Source of the DNA: a virus
IMG/VR virus record: IMGVR_UViG_3300035698_010959
Direction: 5' to 3' (one strand)
Length of the DNA: 64,000 bases
Shown here: in pieces, positions 46,576-56,026 of the stretch
Numbering within the stretch: position 1 is the stretch's first letter
Layout of the letters: the number at the start of each line of letters is the position of its first letter
Notes under the pieces: generated by a model
What the model saw: the letters and a program-made list of their open reading frames with translations, nothing else
Told to the model about the DNA's origin: nothing
The model's database searches: none
Program-made: the position numbers and the translations under genes

Positions 46576-47427
46576 TTAAAGAGTCCTTAGAGTATCTATT
46601 TCTAAATATTCATCGACTTTCTCGTAGTATATATAGTAAGTAGCACCTGTTTCTGGAGACTTCCCCCCAGTAATCCAAACAACAGATAACTGCCCAGAAA
46701 CGTCGTCTTTGGTTATATAGTAGTCTATACTAAGTATATAGTCTGGTATTGTTCCAGAAGTTATTTGATTATCTCCTACTTGGTATATCTCTACTATACG
46801 TAAATCTTGCACTATGTTGTCTACTGTTTCCTGTAATGGGATGTTATCAATAGTTAGTGCACTTCTTGTTATTGCAAGAGTTTCTAATTTTGCATCCATA
46901 TCTATTATCAACTTTATATTTCGTATATTTTCCAGATATACTGGATATATCGCTGTAAACACTGTTAGATATCTAAGAGATCTAATAGCAGTTCTAGATG
47001 GTACAGGTGGTAATGTGTAGTCTTTTACCTGTTCATTAAAAATGAATGTCTCAACTCCAGCTCTTACTAGAGCAGGAGTAGACTCCATTAGAAATTGCTC
47101 AAATCGCATCATCAAGTTATTTACTTCATGGTCTGAAGAATGATATAAATCAAATTGATATATTACCGTTGTCCATTGTCCAAAGTATAGAACACTTTTA
47201 TTATTACTTGATGTTTCTTTTTTTCGTATTCTTTGTTTTCTTGTTTCTTTTCCGTCTTTACCAGGTATACGTCTATGAATACTCCATACTATTGTTGGAA
47301 TAGTAACAGCTTCATCTGGATATTTTTCTGTAAAGAGTGTATCACTTATTACAGAGTGTTGCATACTAGCATGTAAGAGTTCTGGTATGTTAGTTGGATT
47401 GAGGTAACGCGGCATTTGTTGACACAC
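46576..47427 (-). CDS. Tail terminator/completion-like protein
   Basis: YPDE...PTIVW...YQFDLY...MMRFEQFL; directly upstream of the sheath. The true start may be the second Met (MPRY). Confidence 0.55.
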   Translation of the reverse strand: MCQQMPRYLNPTNIPELLHASMQHSVISDTLFTEKYPDEAVTIPTIVWSIHRRIPGKDGKETRKQRIRKKETSSNNKSVLYFGQWTTVIYQFDLYHSSDHEVNNLMMRFEQFLMESTPALVRAGVETFIFNEQVKDYTLPPVPSRTAIRSLRYLTVFTAIYPVYLENIRNIKLIIDMDAKLETLAITRSALTIDNIPLQETVDNIVQDLRIVEIYQVGDNQITSGTIPDYILSIDYYITKDDVSGQLSVVWITGGKSPETGATYYIYYEKVDEYLEIDTLRTL

Positions 47428-48865
47428 CTATCTTAAAGGACATTGTTTGGATTTCTCCAATAACTTGTAGCTTTACTAGTATATTTATAGACGTTGGTAA
47501 AAATTCTATTACGTAGTTTACATCTTTTGCACTTGGTATATTTTGTAGTGCGTTTGTTACGTTTGAGTTTACTTCAGTTTTAGAATAGTTTGTTACTCCT
47601 ATGTAGTTACTTAATGCATCATACAGTCTTGAACATACTGTTTGATAAGCTATAAAGCAAGTAGAGTTCCATTTACTATTTGAAGTTGTTCCTCTATAAA
47701 CTGTAACTCCTTTTGATATTGTTCTATTTAAGAATATAAAACCTGCATTAACAAGTTCATCAATTGAGGTTGCAGAATATACAGGTGTAAAATCTGGTAC
47801 ATCTATCTTTTTCCAAGATGTAGTAATTGGTTCTTTTGCTAGTAGTGTTGCATAAGGAGCTGCTGCTCCATTCCAATATGATATACCATTGTATGGGGTG
47901 AACCATCCAGAAGCAGCTACTAACGATAAGAAGTATAGTTTTGGAGTCTTTGGAAGCAAGCTAGTAGCATAAGCAGCAGAACTTGCTGAGCTTTCTTTGC
48001 TCTTCATATTCTGTACAAACATAGTAGGTATAGACATATCTTCAAATAATGCTGTGTTTACTGAGCCAGATATATCTTCATAGTCTAATCCTAGAAGTGA
48101 AACTATCCTAATTCTTGATAAATCAATCCTAGTTAAAAGTGAAGTAACTGCGCTTGATTCAAATGTACCATTCAAGCCACCAGTTAGATGTATGGAACTA
48201 ATGCCTTCTATTGTTCCACTACCAACTACAGCTGTAGCTTTTAACATTCCATACCCTTTAGCATAGTCTGTGTTTATTTCTTTTGTTAATTCTGCTGCGG
48301 TTAACGGCCAATCGCTATACCATCTAGTTGGATATAATCCGTTTTGAGTTACTTTTAAGAACCCTCCAGTTGCTGTAAATGTTACAGAGTTATAGGTAGT
48401 TCCTCCATAACGTGATTCTACAGAAACATAACTACTTCCTGTTCCTAATGTAGTTGATGCTTTTGTTCCACCAACTCGCATTAGATATATTGTTTCTGGG
48501 TCTGCTGTTTGTGCTTCTGCTAAACCTCTAGTTAGATTTGTAGGTCCAGCCTCTCTTAAAAACCTTACTATAATATTTTTGTGTTCTCCTACTTTGTTAA
48601 AGGCTATAGTTGTTCCTGTTAGTGTAAGATTATGTAAGTAGTAAGGTTCATGTGTTCCTGTATTGGTAGCATATAAAACATCAATAGAGTTATTCCAAGG
48701 AGTAACCATAAGAGTAATACCTGTACTTGAGGGTGTAAGGGTAAACGCTTCATACCTATATGCGCCAAATAGTTCATGTGCTTCACTATAATCTGTTATT
48801 AGTGTAGGCTCTTCTAGTGGCCCATCAAACGCTGATCCTATAAGTAGTAGTGGTATAGATGACAT
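47390..48865 (-). CDS. Second sheath-like protein
   Basis: LIGSAFDGP...LFG...IYLMRVGG...LTGG parallels the sheath; sheath-like C-terminus. Confidence 0.7.
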   Translation of the reverse strand: MSSIPLLLIGSAFDGPLEEPTLITDYSEAHELFGAYRYEAFTLTPSSTGITLMVTPWNNSIDVLYATNTGTHEPYYLHNLTLTGTTIAFNKVGEHKNIIVRFLREAGPTNLTRGLAEAQTADPETIYLMRVGGTKASTTLGTGSSYVSVESRYGGTTYNSVTFTATGGFLKVTQNGLYPTRWYSDWPLTAAELTKEINTDYAKGYGMLKATAVVGSGTIEGISSIHLTGGLNGTFESSAVTSLLTRIDLSRIRIVSLLGLDYEDISGSVNTALFEDMSIPTMFVQNMKSKESSASSAAYATSLLPKTPKLYFLSLVAASGWFTPYNGISYWNGAAAPYATLLAKEPITTSWKKIDVPDFTPVYSATSIDELVNAGFIFLNRTISKGVTVYRGTTSNSKWNSTCFIAYQTVCSRLYDALSNYIGVTNYSKTEVNSNVTNALQNIPSAKDVNYVIEFLPTSINILVKLQVIGEIQTMSFKIGVSTNAALPQSN

Positions 48866-48871
48866 TTATTA

Positions 48872-49366
48872 TTATATCCCAGTAGATAGTATTGTTTTTT
48901 GTAAAAATTCTTTTGTTGAATCTTCTATAGAGCATCCACCGACAAAAAAGCTAAGTTCTTCTTCTCTATATGCTTCTAACTCTTTTAGTCTATATACATG
49001 TATTATGCTTGTTGGTTGTCCTTGTGATTCTATTGAAGATATTGGAACATTCCATTCCACTTCTAGTACAAGGTCAGTTTGTTTTGGATAAGCAGTTTGT
49101 TTGAAGTATACCAACATATCAAAATCAGACATTATACCTTGTGCTAAACCAGCATCGTGTGTAAGACTAAATCTTCTAAATCTTACTGGTATGCGTTCTA
49201 ATGTTATTACATGTCCTGTTCCATAACATGTAGGGCATAGCCCAGAACCTTCATTAGATATTTCAGAATAGCAATCTGGACATGGAAATTCTAGATTTTG
49301 TCTTATATAAATTATCCAGTGTGCATAATTATTTATAAAATTTTCAAACTCTTTTTTTATTCGCAT
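48872..49366 (-). CDS. Neck/head-closure-like protein with Zn finger
   Basis: CPDC...CPTCYGTG; located between head and tail genes. Confidence 0.55.
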   Translation of the reverse strand: MRIKKEFENFINNYAHWIIYIRQNLEFPCPDCYSEISNEGSGLCPTCYGTGHVITLERIPVRFRRFSLTHDAGLAQGIMSDFDMLVYFKQTAYPKQTDLVLEVEWNVPISSIESQGQPTSIIHVYRLKELEAYREEELSFFVGGCSIEDSTKEFLQKTILSTGI

Positions 49367-49623
49367 ATGCTATAACTAATACTATATTTTCTTTTATAAA
49401 ATCAAAGAGTTCAAGTCTATTGATTTCATGTTATCTAGTTCAATTTTCTCAACGAGAGGGTTGAATACGACCCGCTTCACAGGAGAATATATTTATATCC
49501 TCTCCACTAGCAATAATATATTTTCTATACTATCTTTAGAATTTATCTATAAGTATATTTTGAAAATTCAGTAGATGAATTCATATGTGTATTAAATTGT
49601 GCTAATGTTGCTAAGGCCATTAC

Positions 49624-50418
49624 TTATATTTCCTTTAGACCATATCTATGTGCGTGTTTATTATGTAATTCTTTGATTTTATGAGCGCCTATGTGCTTAT
49701 CAAATATCATTATTTGACCCATTGATCCACCAAAAAGTCTAACACCATTACGATGTCCTAAGCGGCAAATTGTACTTGGTTGGTACTCTGGTATCTGTAT
49801 TCCAATTGCTGCACCATTTAGACCTCCTAATTGTACACCATTTACATAGTAGTATTTTCTAGGACCTTCTGGTATAATGTTGTATGCTGTTGCATAGAAC
49901 ATCCATATATTATTAACAATTCCTGGTACAGCTTCTGTTGAGAAAGTATTACCTCCGTGTATAGCAAGACCTAGTAGGTGTGTGCCTCCATCTCCAGTAC
50001 CAGAAAAAGTAAAGTATGTACCATTCCATACACCACCTGCTTCATCTTGGTTAAAGAATGTTTGGCTAAACTCGGCATTAATGTTTTCTATTTTAGCCCA
50101 CACACATATTGTCATTCCAGATGCACCATAGAGGTGTTCGATTCCACTTGTAGTATTAGCAAATATCTCTACAGAATCATTAACTCCATCAAAATATAGA
50201 CTTCCACCTGCTTCTGGTTTCCACGTAGGCCCATCTAGGCTACCATTGTATCCAATACCCATAATGTCACCATGGGCTGGATTTCCATGTGGAGTCATAC
50301 TGTGATCTACTATTCTATCATTTGTTTCAAGAGTTGAGTCTGCAAAGTCATAATATAGAATACAGTCTTCTGGTATTTCTAATGGATAGCTATCTGGAAG
50401 TATATTAGTAGTCGTCAT
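49624..50418 (-). CDS. LamG/ConA-like lectin-domain virion protein
   Basis: LYFDGVND, TICVWAK, WMFYA, YYVNG, LG...FGGSMGQIMIFDK. Confidence 0.8.
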   Translation of the reverse strand: MTTTNILPDSYPLEIPEDCILYYDFADSTLETNDRIVDHSMTPHGNPAHGDIMGIGYNGSLDGPTWKPEAGGSLYFDGVNDSVEIFANTTSGIEHLYGASGMTICVWAKIENINAEFSQTFFNQDEAGGVWNGTYFTFSGTGDGGTHLLGLAIHGGNTFSTEAVPGIVNNIWMFYATAYNIIPEGPRKYYYVNGVQLGGLNGAAIGIQIPEYQPSTICRLGHRNGVRLFGGSMGQIMIFDKHIGAHKIKELHNKHAHRYGLKEI

Positions 50419-50424
50419 ATGATT

Positions 50425-50730
50425 TTACCTTTCTACTTCAGAAATAATCTCACAAGGAGAACTTTCATCATGACGATAAAGTATTTGTTTTACACTACCA
50501 CTAGTTAACTTAGTTACTAGATAGGTATTAATTGTAGTTTGGTCTGATTGCTTTTCTACACATAAACTACATGTTATTGTATATGTTCCATCAAGATTAT
50601 TTTTAAGTGTAAGGCTGTCTCCTCGTTCACTCATAGCAATAGGTAGTTTAGTTACTAAATAGTTAAAGATCTCATCTCTTTCGTTAGTGTTAGGTGTTGT
50701 TAGTATAGACTTGATTTGAAATTTAGCCAT
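50425..50730 (-). CDS. Hypothetical protein
   Basis: Tightly packed ORF in the operon. Confidence 0.55.
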   Translation of the reverse strand: MAKFQIKSILTTPNTNERDEIFNYLVTKLPIAMSERGDSLTLKNNLDGTYTITCSLCVEKQSDQTTINTYLVTKLTSGSVKQILYRHDESSPCEIISEVER

Positions 50731-50734
50731 GTTG

Positions 50735-51235
50735 TTATATTTCCCTAACTATATAATCAATTGTTTCATCAAATAAGCCAGAAGCAGCATTTACAAATGT
50801 AAGTGCTAGTCCGCTTCCTAGATATGCTCCATCAATTAATTTAGTTACTGCTGTGTGACCTGTTCCACTTGGATCAAATGAGTCACCAGAAGTTGCTACT
50901 GTGAATGAAGTTAATCTACTGTATACGTTATCGTAAGGAATACCTAGTTCTGCATGGTATACATAGCAATCTATGCTTCCTAATGTAAATCCATTTCTTA
51001 CTGTTAGAGAATATCGTTCTTTTAGTGGACTAGGTACAGTTAAACCTGTTACTCCGTAGTGAGTAGATAGAGCACCATTGTCTGCATCTATTGTTATTTG
51101 TCCACTTGCTACAAATGTATTTGGTAATATGTATCCTGCTCCCAGTAGAGTAGCATTAGAAGATACTGTTCCTGATACTGCTATTGGTGATTCATTGACT
51201 AACGTTGTGTTAAGTGTGTTAGAAAGTATTGCCAT
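50735..51235 (-). CDS. Putative virion protein (beta-rich)
   Basis: T/S/G-rich; tightly coupled in the structural operon. Confidence 0.5.
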   Translation of the reverse strand: MAILSNTLNTTLVNESPIAVSGTVSSNATLLGAGYILPNTFVASGQITIDADNGALSTHYGVTGLTVPSPLKERYSLTVRNGFTLGSIDCYVYHAELGIPYDNVYSRLTSFTVATSGDSFDPSGTGHTAVTKLIDGAYLGSGLALTFVNAASGLFDETIDYIVREI

Positions 51236-51236
51236 T

Positions 51237-52106
51237 CTATTGAACCATTCCTATTCTAAGTTCATTAGAACCTATTTCGCTATCAAATTCTACTTGAACA
51301 TAAGTTGCTGCTCGTGGATGGTCATCAAGATACTGGTCTACAGATAGCTTAGATTGATCCATTGCTTCTAACGATGCATTGTAGTATGTAATCTCAGTAA
51401 CAACTGCCGCTTTATTTGAAGATATTAATTGAGCAGGTGAAGTCCATGCTGCTGGTATTTTAAATATTTTACCTTCAAGAGTAGAACTCTCTGGTATAAC
51501 TATATCTTCATTACCTATAAATGAATTTGTTTCTATTCGTATATCATCTAAGAATAGAACTCCAGTCCATGTAGCAGATGTTGCTATCGTTCCTTGGTCC
51601 ATATAAAGAACTAATGAAGATACACTGTCTAGAGTTGCTAAATTAGCAGCAGTTAAATCAGCACTAATTAGAGGTAACTGTAGTTTATACCATGTTTCTT
51701 TAGTCGCTATTGCTGGTAAATCAACGTAGTATTGAGTTCCTGCTGCTAGTGCTGTATTATCAAATCCTACTTTAAGTTCTCCAGTAGGTAATGCAGATGT
51801 TACTTTAGCATAACAACTAAGATGAGTTCGTGATGTTATATCTGTATCGGCAGTAGCAGGAGCTACATGTGCTTTTATTCCAGTACAAGCAGATGAATCT
51901 AATTCAAATGTTGCTGAATATGTTCCTACTTTATTTACTGTTGATGTGTCTAATGTTATACCAGATGTTCCTGTTGTCCATGCGCTTTCACATGTGCTTA
52001 AAATTGCTTCACTATTTATTAGTGTTACACCAGTAGCATGCGTTATAAGCTCATTTGTTGCTATATTTACATCTACTGGTTTTGTTTGATTCCATCCTAC
52101 TGTCAT
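51237..52106 (-). CDS. Putative virion protein with jelly-roll/CBM-like domain
   Basis: DITSRTHLSCYAK...WYKLQLPL...VLFLDDIRIE resembles a carbohydrate-binding beta-sandwich. Confidence 0.5.
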   Translation of the reverse strand: MTVGWNQTKPVDVNIATNELITHATGVTLINSEAILSTCESAWTTGTSGITLDTSTVNKVGTYSATFELDSSACTGIKAHVAPATADTDITSRTHLSCYAKVTSALPTGELKVGFDNTALAAGTQYYVDLPAIATKETWYKLQLPLISADLTAANLATLDSVSSLVLYMDQGTIATSATWTGVLFLDDIRIETNSFIGNEDIVIPESSTLEGKIFKIPAAWTSPAQLISSNKAAVVTEITYYNASLEAMDQSKLSVDQYLDDHPRAATYVQVEFDSEIGSNELRIGMVQ

Positions 52107-52121
52107 ATCTGTATTATCCTT

Positions 52122-52691
52122 TTATCTTTTTCTTACTAGAGGTTGTGTATCTCTAGCTTTAAATGAATTTAATGAAGTAAAATCAGATGTTACTACAGAT
52201 CCTATTGATACAACATGTGCATTTGTAGTTTGATTTACTATACCACTTGCTGCTCTACTAGAAATTGCTACATCTAGATATGGATGTTGTGAATCTACAT
52301 TTCCATATGTGTCTATCAGTATTGTTTCATCTTCCCAGAGTTTTGGAGATGATTGGTCTATAAATTTTAGTATTAAACTCTGGCATGTTAATTCTAAAGC
52401 ACTAAGCTCTGCTTCAACTAATCCTCCGGTACCAGTAGTTGGTAGTGTTCCAATGTTAGTAAAGTCAGCAGCATCTTTTTTAATTGTCACATCTCCGACT
52501 TCGAAGTGTGTTGGTATTGCAATATCTGCACTTCCACGTTCAGTAAGAACAATTCCACGTAATGTTGTTGTAGTAGCGTATAGTCGTTGTAGTATTTGCA
52601 TACGATGCTTTCCTCGTTTGCCGCCTAAACCATCATATTGTATATGGTCATTGTAGCATACGTTTGGTTGTTCATAAGTTGCATTCCACAT
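52122..52691 (-). CDS. Putative virion/fibre-associated protein
   Basis: GDVTIKKDAADFTNIGTLP...ELSALEL...LDVAISSRA; inside the fibre cassette. Confidence 0.45.
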   Translation of the reverse strand: MWNATYEQPNVCYNDHIQYDGLGGKRGKHRMQILQRLYATTTTLRGIVLTERGSADIAIPTHFEVGDVTIKKDAADFTNIGTLPTTGTGGLVEAELSALELTCQSLILKFIDQSSPKLWEDETILIDTYGNVDSQHPYLDVAISSRAASGIVNQTTNAHVVSIGSVVTSDFTSLNSFKARDTQPLVRKR

Positions 52692-52698
52692 ATCTCTT

Positions 52699-52881
52699 CT
52701 ATTTGTTGTCTATGGCGGCTACTTTGGCTGCTAGTTTCAAATTTATTGTTGCAATTCTTGCTTGAAGTCTTGTTATCTCTGCCTGTAGTGAAGTCTTTTG
52801 CTCTTCTAGTAAATCTGTGGCTTCTATTCGCTCTGTTGTTGTTTTAATTCCGCCAGTTACTTTTTCATATATATCAGACAT
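52699..52881 (-). CDS. Small coiled-coil protein (possible fibre chaperone)
   Basis: Heptad pattern LLEEQKTSLQAEITRLQARIATINLKL; coupled to the fibre gene. Confidence 0.5.
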   Translation of the reverse strand: MSDIYEKVTGGIKTTTERIEATDLLEEQKTSLQAEITRLQARIATINLKLAAKVAAIDNK

Positions 52882-54410
52882 TAAGATGGTTCTCCGAGTT
52901 TATTACTCAAATATTCTAAGTGATAGTTCTTTATCCATACATCAGCATCATAAGTGTCTTCATCTGCTGTAGCATCTCTATAAAATCTAAATAGTATCTT
53001 GTCATGTGGTTGCCAATTCGTAGTATCACAAACTCCATCTATTGTAATATGCATCTCAAAGGCTGTTTCATCGTCTTCTATGGTTTCATCTATGTAACCA
53101 GTAGATGTGTCTGTAGCAAAAGTAAACACATCACCTTTAGTTATTCCTTTATATTCAAATCCCATACGGACATTGAGATCACCTGTTCCATCTGGAGGGC
53201 TTTCTACCACAAAAGCATAGTGTCCTCTTAGACTTCCTGTTCCTTCTGCGAAATCTAAAGGCACAACCCACGTGTAGTAAACACTTTCTTCTGTCCCGGC
53301 ATCATATCTATGGAAACCAAAGTTATCTATATTATCATTAGCTGGATAGTTAGCAGCAGGTATTTTTACTGCTTGAACAGGAAGGTCATCTGATACCCAT
53401 ACTCTTGCGTTACCATTAAGGCTAACAACTCCAGATGAATCTACAGATAGGAAGTGGGTTGTCCCTCCATCTCCTAATACAACACTACCAGTAGATACTG
53501 GAGTTATATTTATATCTCCAGTTCCAGTGTTGATGTTGGCATCTGTTTTATCGTGATGTAATGACATCCACTGAGTATTATTAGTATCTGGACTTGTATC
53601 TGAGTGTATAAACAATGTTGGATCTGTTTGCAGTCCGTGATCAAAATTGGACCACGTACCCGAACTGTTAGCGATTATTATATCGTTACCAACATCGTCA
53701 TACAGTATGAACACAAGTTGATCCCAGCTTATAGTTCCAGCCAGTGTTAAAAGATTTGTACCACCACGCTTCATATAGATGCTTGGGTAACCAGCTCCAT
53801 TAATTGTAGCTGTTGTAGCAGCGTCTAAGGTTATATTATCTGCTATTAGATTCATATCATCGCCAGCAGTTACAACATTAGCAACTATTTCAAGAGAGTT
53901 ACCATCAAAAGTTAGTGAGGCATCACCAGCAGTACCTAATTTTAAACTTTTACTATCTGCTGTAATTTCTATGTCTTCTGGTGTCGTTATTCCACCACTA
54001 GCAGTTACTTCATTAGCAGAAAGTAAAGTTGATGCATATATATTAGGTGCATTTATGTTTCCACTGGCATCTATTACATTAGCAGATAGTAGAACTGGAA
54101 TATTTATAGTTGGGGCAGATAGTATACCGCTTGCTGTTAGTGTATTAGCAAGTAATAAAACAGGTACACTTAGATTAGGAATTGTAGCGCTTGTAAAGAA
54201 TGTATGTGTATGTCCTGGGTCCGTAGATACTTTTGTTAAATAATCTAATGAAGAGGTTACTACAGATCCTGTTACTCCAACTTTTCCTTCTATAGCTTCT
54301 ATTGCATCATTGGAATCTGAGTGTTGAGTTGCGTGTGGAACAACTGATTGCTTATCTGTTGCAACAGGATTGGTTAGTGTATCTAAATCTGTTGGAAAGT
54401 TTGTTGACAT
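52881..54410 (-). CDS. Fibre protein (head/neck fibre)
   Basis: N-terminal anchor-like TNFPTDLD...H...NDAIEAIEGKVG, repetitive beta shaft, globular C-terminus. Confidence 0.65.
   Translation of the reverse strand: MSTNFPTDLDTLTNPVATDKQSVVPHATQHSDSNDAIEAIEGKVGVTGSVVTSSLDYLTKVSTDPGHTHTFFTSATIPNLSVPVLLLANTLTASGILSAPTINIPVLLSANVIDASGNINAPNIYASTLLSANEVTASGGITTPEDIEITADSKSLKLGTAGDASLTFDGNSLEIVANVVTAGDDMNLIADNITLDAATTATINGAGYPSIYMKRGGTNLLTLAGTISWDQLVFILYDDVGNDIIIANSSGTWSNFDHGLQTDPTLFIHSDTSPDTNNTQWMSLHHDKTDANINTGTGDINITPVSTGSVVLGDGGTTHFLSVDSSGVVSLNGNARVWVSDDLPVQAVKIPAANYPANDNIDNFGFHRYDAGTEESVYYTWVVPLDFAEGTGSLRGHYAFVVESPPDGTGDLNVRMGFEYKGITKGDVFTFATDTSTGYIDETIEDDETAFEMHITIDGVCDTTNWQPHDKILFRFYRDATADEDTYDADVWIKNYHLEYLSNKLGEPS
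53967..54164 (-). repeat. Three tandem 22-aa (66-nt) repeats in the fibre shaft
   Basis: PVLLLANTLTASGILSAPTINI / PVLLSANVIDASGNINAPNIYA / STLLSANEVTASGGITTPEDIE. Confidence 0.8.
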
Positions 54411-54422
54411 ACTGTTATTACT

Positions 54423-55940
54423 TTAGAATGTTTTCTTAAACATACCAGGTACATTTAGTGACTGGTCATTGCGTCTTTCACTTGGATTCCATCTACTGGA
54501 GCGTACTCCCACTTTAGGAATAGTTTGTGCTCCAAACATGACTTCTATTTCTTCTACTTCATCTTCTAAATCTTTTAATATTTTTCCAAGTTCTGTAAGT
54601 ACAGTACTTCCTACGTCTACTGTGAAGTCTCCAAGTTGTTTTCGTCTATCTGCTTCTTCAAGAAGTTCATATCTTTTTAATCGAAGTAAAGCATGTGCGG
54701 AGTGTACTGTTACAAATTTAGCCATATCATATGTAGTATCACGTAGATATGTTTTTAGCGCAGAAACAGATGGAGTAGATGAATTATATGCTGCCCATAG
54801 ATATTTATTACACTCTATAGATGATAGAAATATCTGCCTATTAATAAAGTCTATAGTGTAGTCTGATAGAAACTCCCCAAATTTTGCTCTTAGTGTAGCG
54901 TATCCTATGTAGTATGGGACATAGTTACTTGTAAAGTAGTAAGATAAACTTGCCGCTGTATTTCCAGAAATACTTTGTATGTTGGCTACTGTCATTGTAT
55001 ACTTAGTATTTGGAATCATAGAATCTGTTGGAGTAAAGACTACAGAGGATCCAACTGTAGTTAGTGTGCCCGCTAGGGTTCCGGTGCTTCCACTTGGATC
55101 ATCATCTACTGGAGCATATGTGATATCAAAATTTGTAGAGTTAACTGTACCAGATGCTACTGTATCTGAAAATGTTATAGAGATTGTTGGCCAAGATTGT
55201 TGATTACTTGATTCTGATGTTGGATATAAAGTTGTAGCACCAAAATCGCTTGCCCGTGGATATTTTATCTTACTATCTATTGCTGCGCTTACAAATGTTC
55301 CATAGAAGAAGGATCTATAATCACTCCATGGTCCATCTGTTGTTCCTGATGTTGCTCTTACTTTCCAGTAGTATGTTTTTGTGTCTGTAAATAAACTTGT
55401 ATCTGGAGTTAAATATACACTTGAGGTTGGGTCTGAGTATATTAATGCTTCTGTATTAAACTGTGGAGATGTAGCAATATATACATCATAATTTAGAGCA
55501 CTAGCTACTGCCGACCATACAAGTGTTGGTATTGTTGTATGTGAAGTATTTGTTGCTGGAGCAATTAGTGTTGTTTGTAGTAGTGAATCAGCATCTACTT
55601 GAAATACCCAAGTAACATCATTAGCCATTTGCCTACCGGCTTCTGATACGACATCATTAAGTACTGTTACTTGATAGTATTGTCCATTCGTTAAAGACGC
55701 TGAAGGAACTACAGTTAGCTTATCTATACTTGAATTATAAGAGGAGTATACTAGATCTACAGATTCCCCAGTATTTTGATTTACCAACAACATATATTGA
55801 TTTATAGTACTAGAAAATTGTGTTTGCTCTACAGGCATAGAGAACTCTACTGTAATATTAGGTAGTGTTCCTACTCCTGTTGTAGCAGTTGTTGGAGAAT
55901 ATGCAATTACTGCTGGATAATATCGTGTAGTTAGATCCAT
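54423..55940 (-). CDS. Head-tail adaptor-like protein with Ig (Big_5)/FN3 domains
   Basis: Two Big_5-like units (ITVEFS.PV...P...L..G.YY.V; ISITFSD.V...FTP....PNTKY), FN3-like YYWKVRA, helical C-terminus with LGDFTV; directly after the MCP. Confidence 0.7.
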   Translation of the reverse strand: MDLTTRYYPAVIAYSPTTATTGVGTLPNITVEFSMPVEQTQFSSTINQYMLLVNQNTGESVDLVYSSYNSSIDKLTVVPSASLTNGQYYQVTVLNDVVSEAGRQMANDVTWVFQVDADSLLQTTLIAPATNTSHTTIPTLVWSAVASALNYDVYIATSPQFNTEALIYSDPTSSVYLTPDTSLFTDTKTYYWKVRATSGTTDGPWSDYRSFFYGTFVSAAIDSKIKYPRASDFGATTLYPTSESSNQQSWPTISITFSDTVASGTVNSTNFDITYAPVDDDPSGSTGTLAGTLTTVGSSVVFTPTDSMIPNTKYTMTVANIQSISGNTAASLSYYFTSNYVPYYIGYATLRAKFGEFLSDYTIDFINRQIFLSSIECNKYLWAAYNSSTPSVSALKTYLRDTTYDMAKFVTVHSAHALLRLKRYELLEEADRRKQLGDFTVDVGSTVLTELGKILKDLEDEVEEIEVMFGAQTIPKVGVRSSRWNPSERRNDQSLNVPGMFKKTF

Positions 55941-55977
55941 TACTGCCTTCTTATGTTAGATAGATAAGTATTAAGAT

Positions 55978-56010
55978 ACTGTGGAGTCATGGTTTATCTG
56001 ACTCCACAGT
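55978..56010 (-). terminator. Stem-loop after the major capsid gene
   Basis: Perfect 12-bp inverted repeat ACTGTGGAGTCA/TGACTCCACAGT; weak U tail. Confidence 0.7.
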
Positions 56011-56026
56011 GTTCTTATAGTTGAGG

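Noticed and set aside
5026-48865. Tailocin/eCIS/T6SS rather than phage
   Set aside because: Portal, protease, capsid and DNA polymerase are present.
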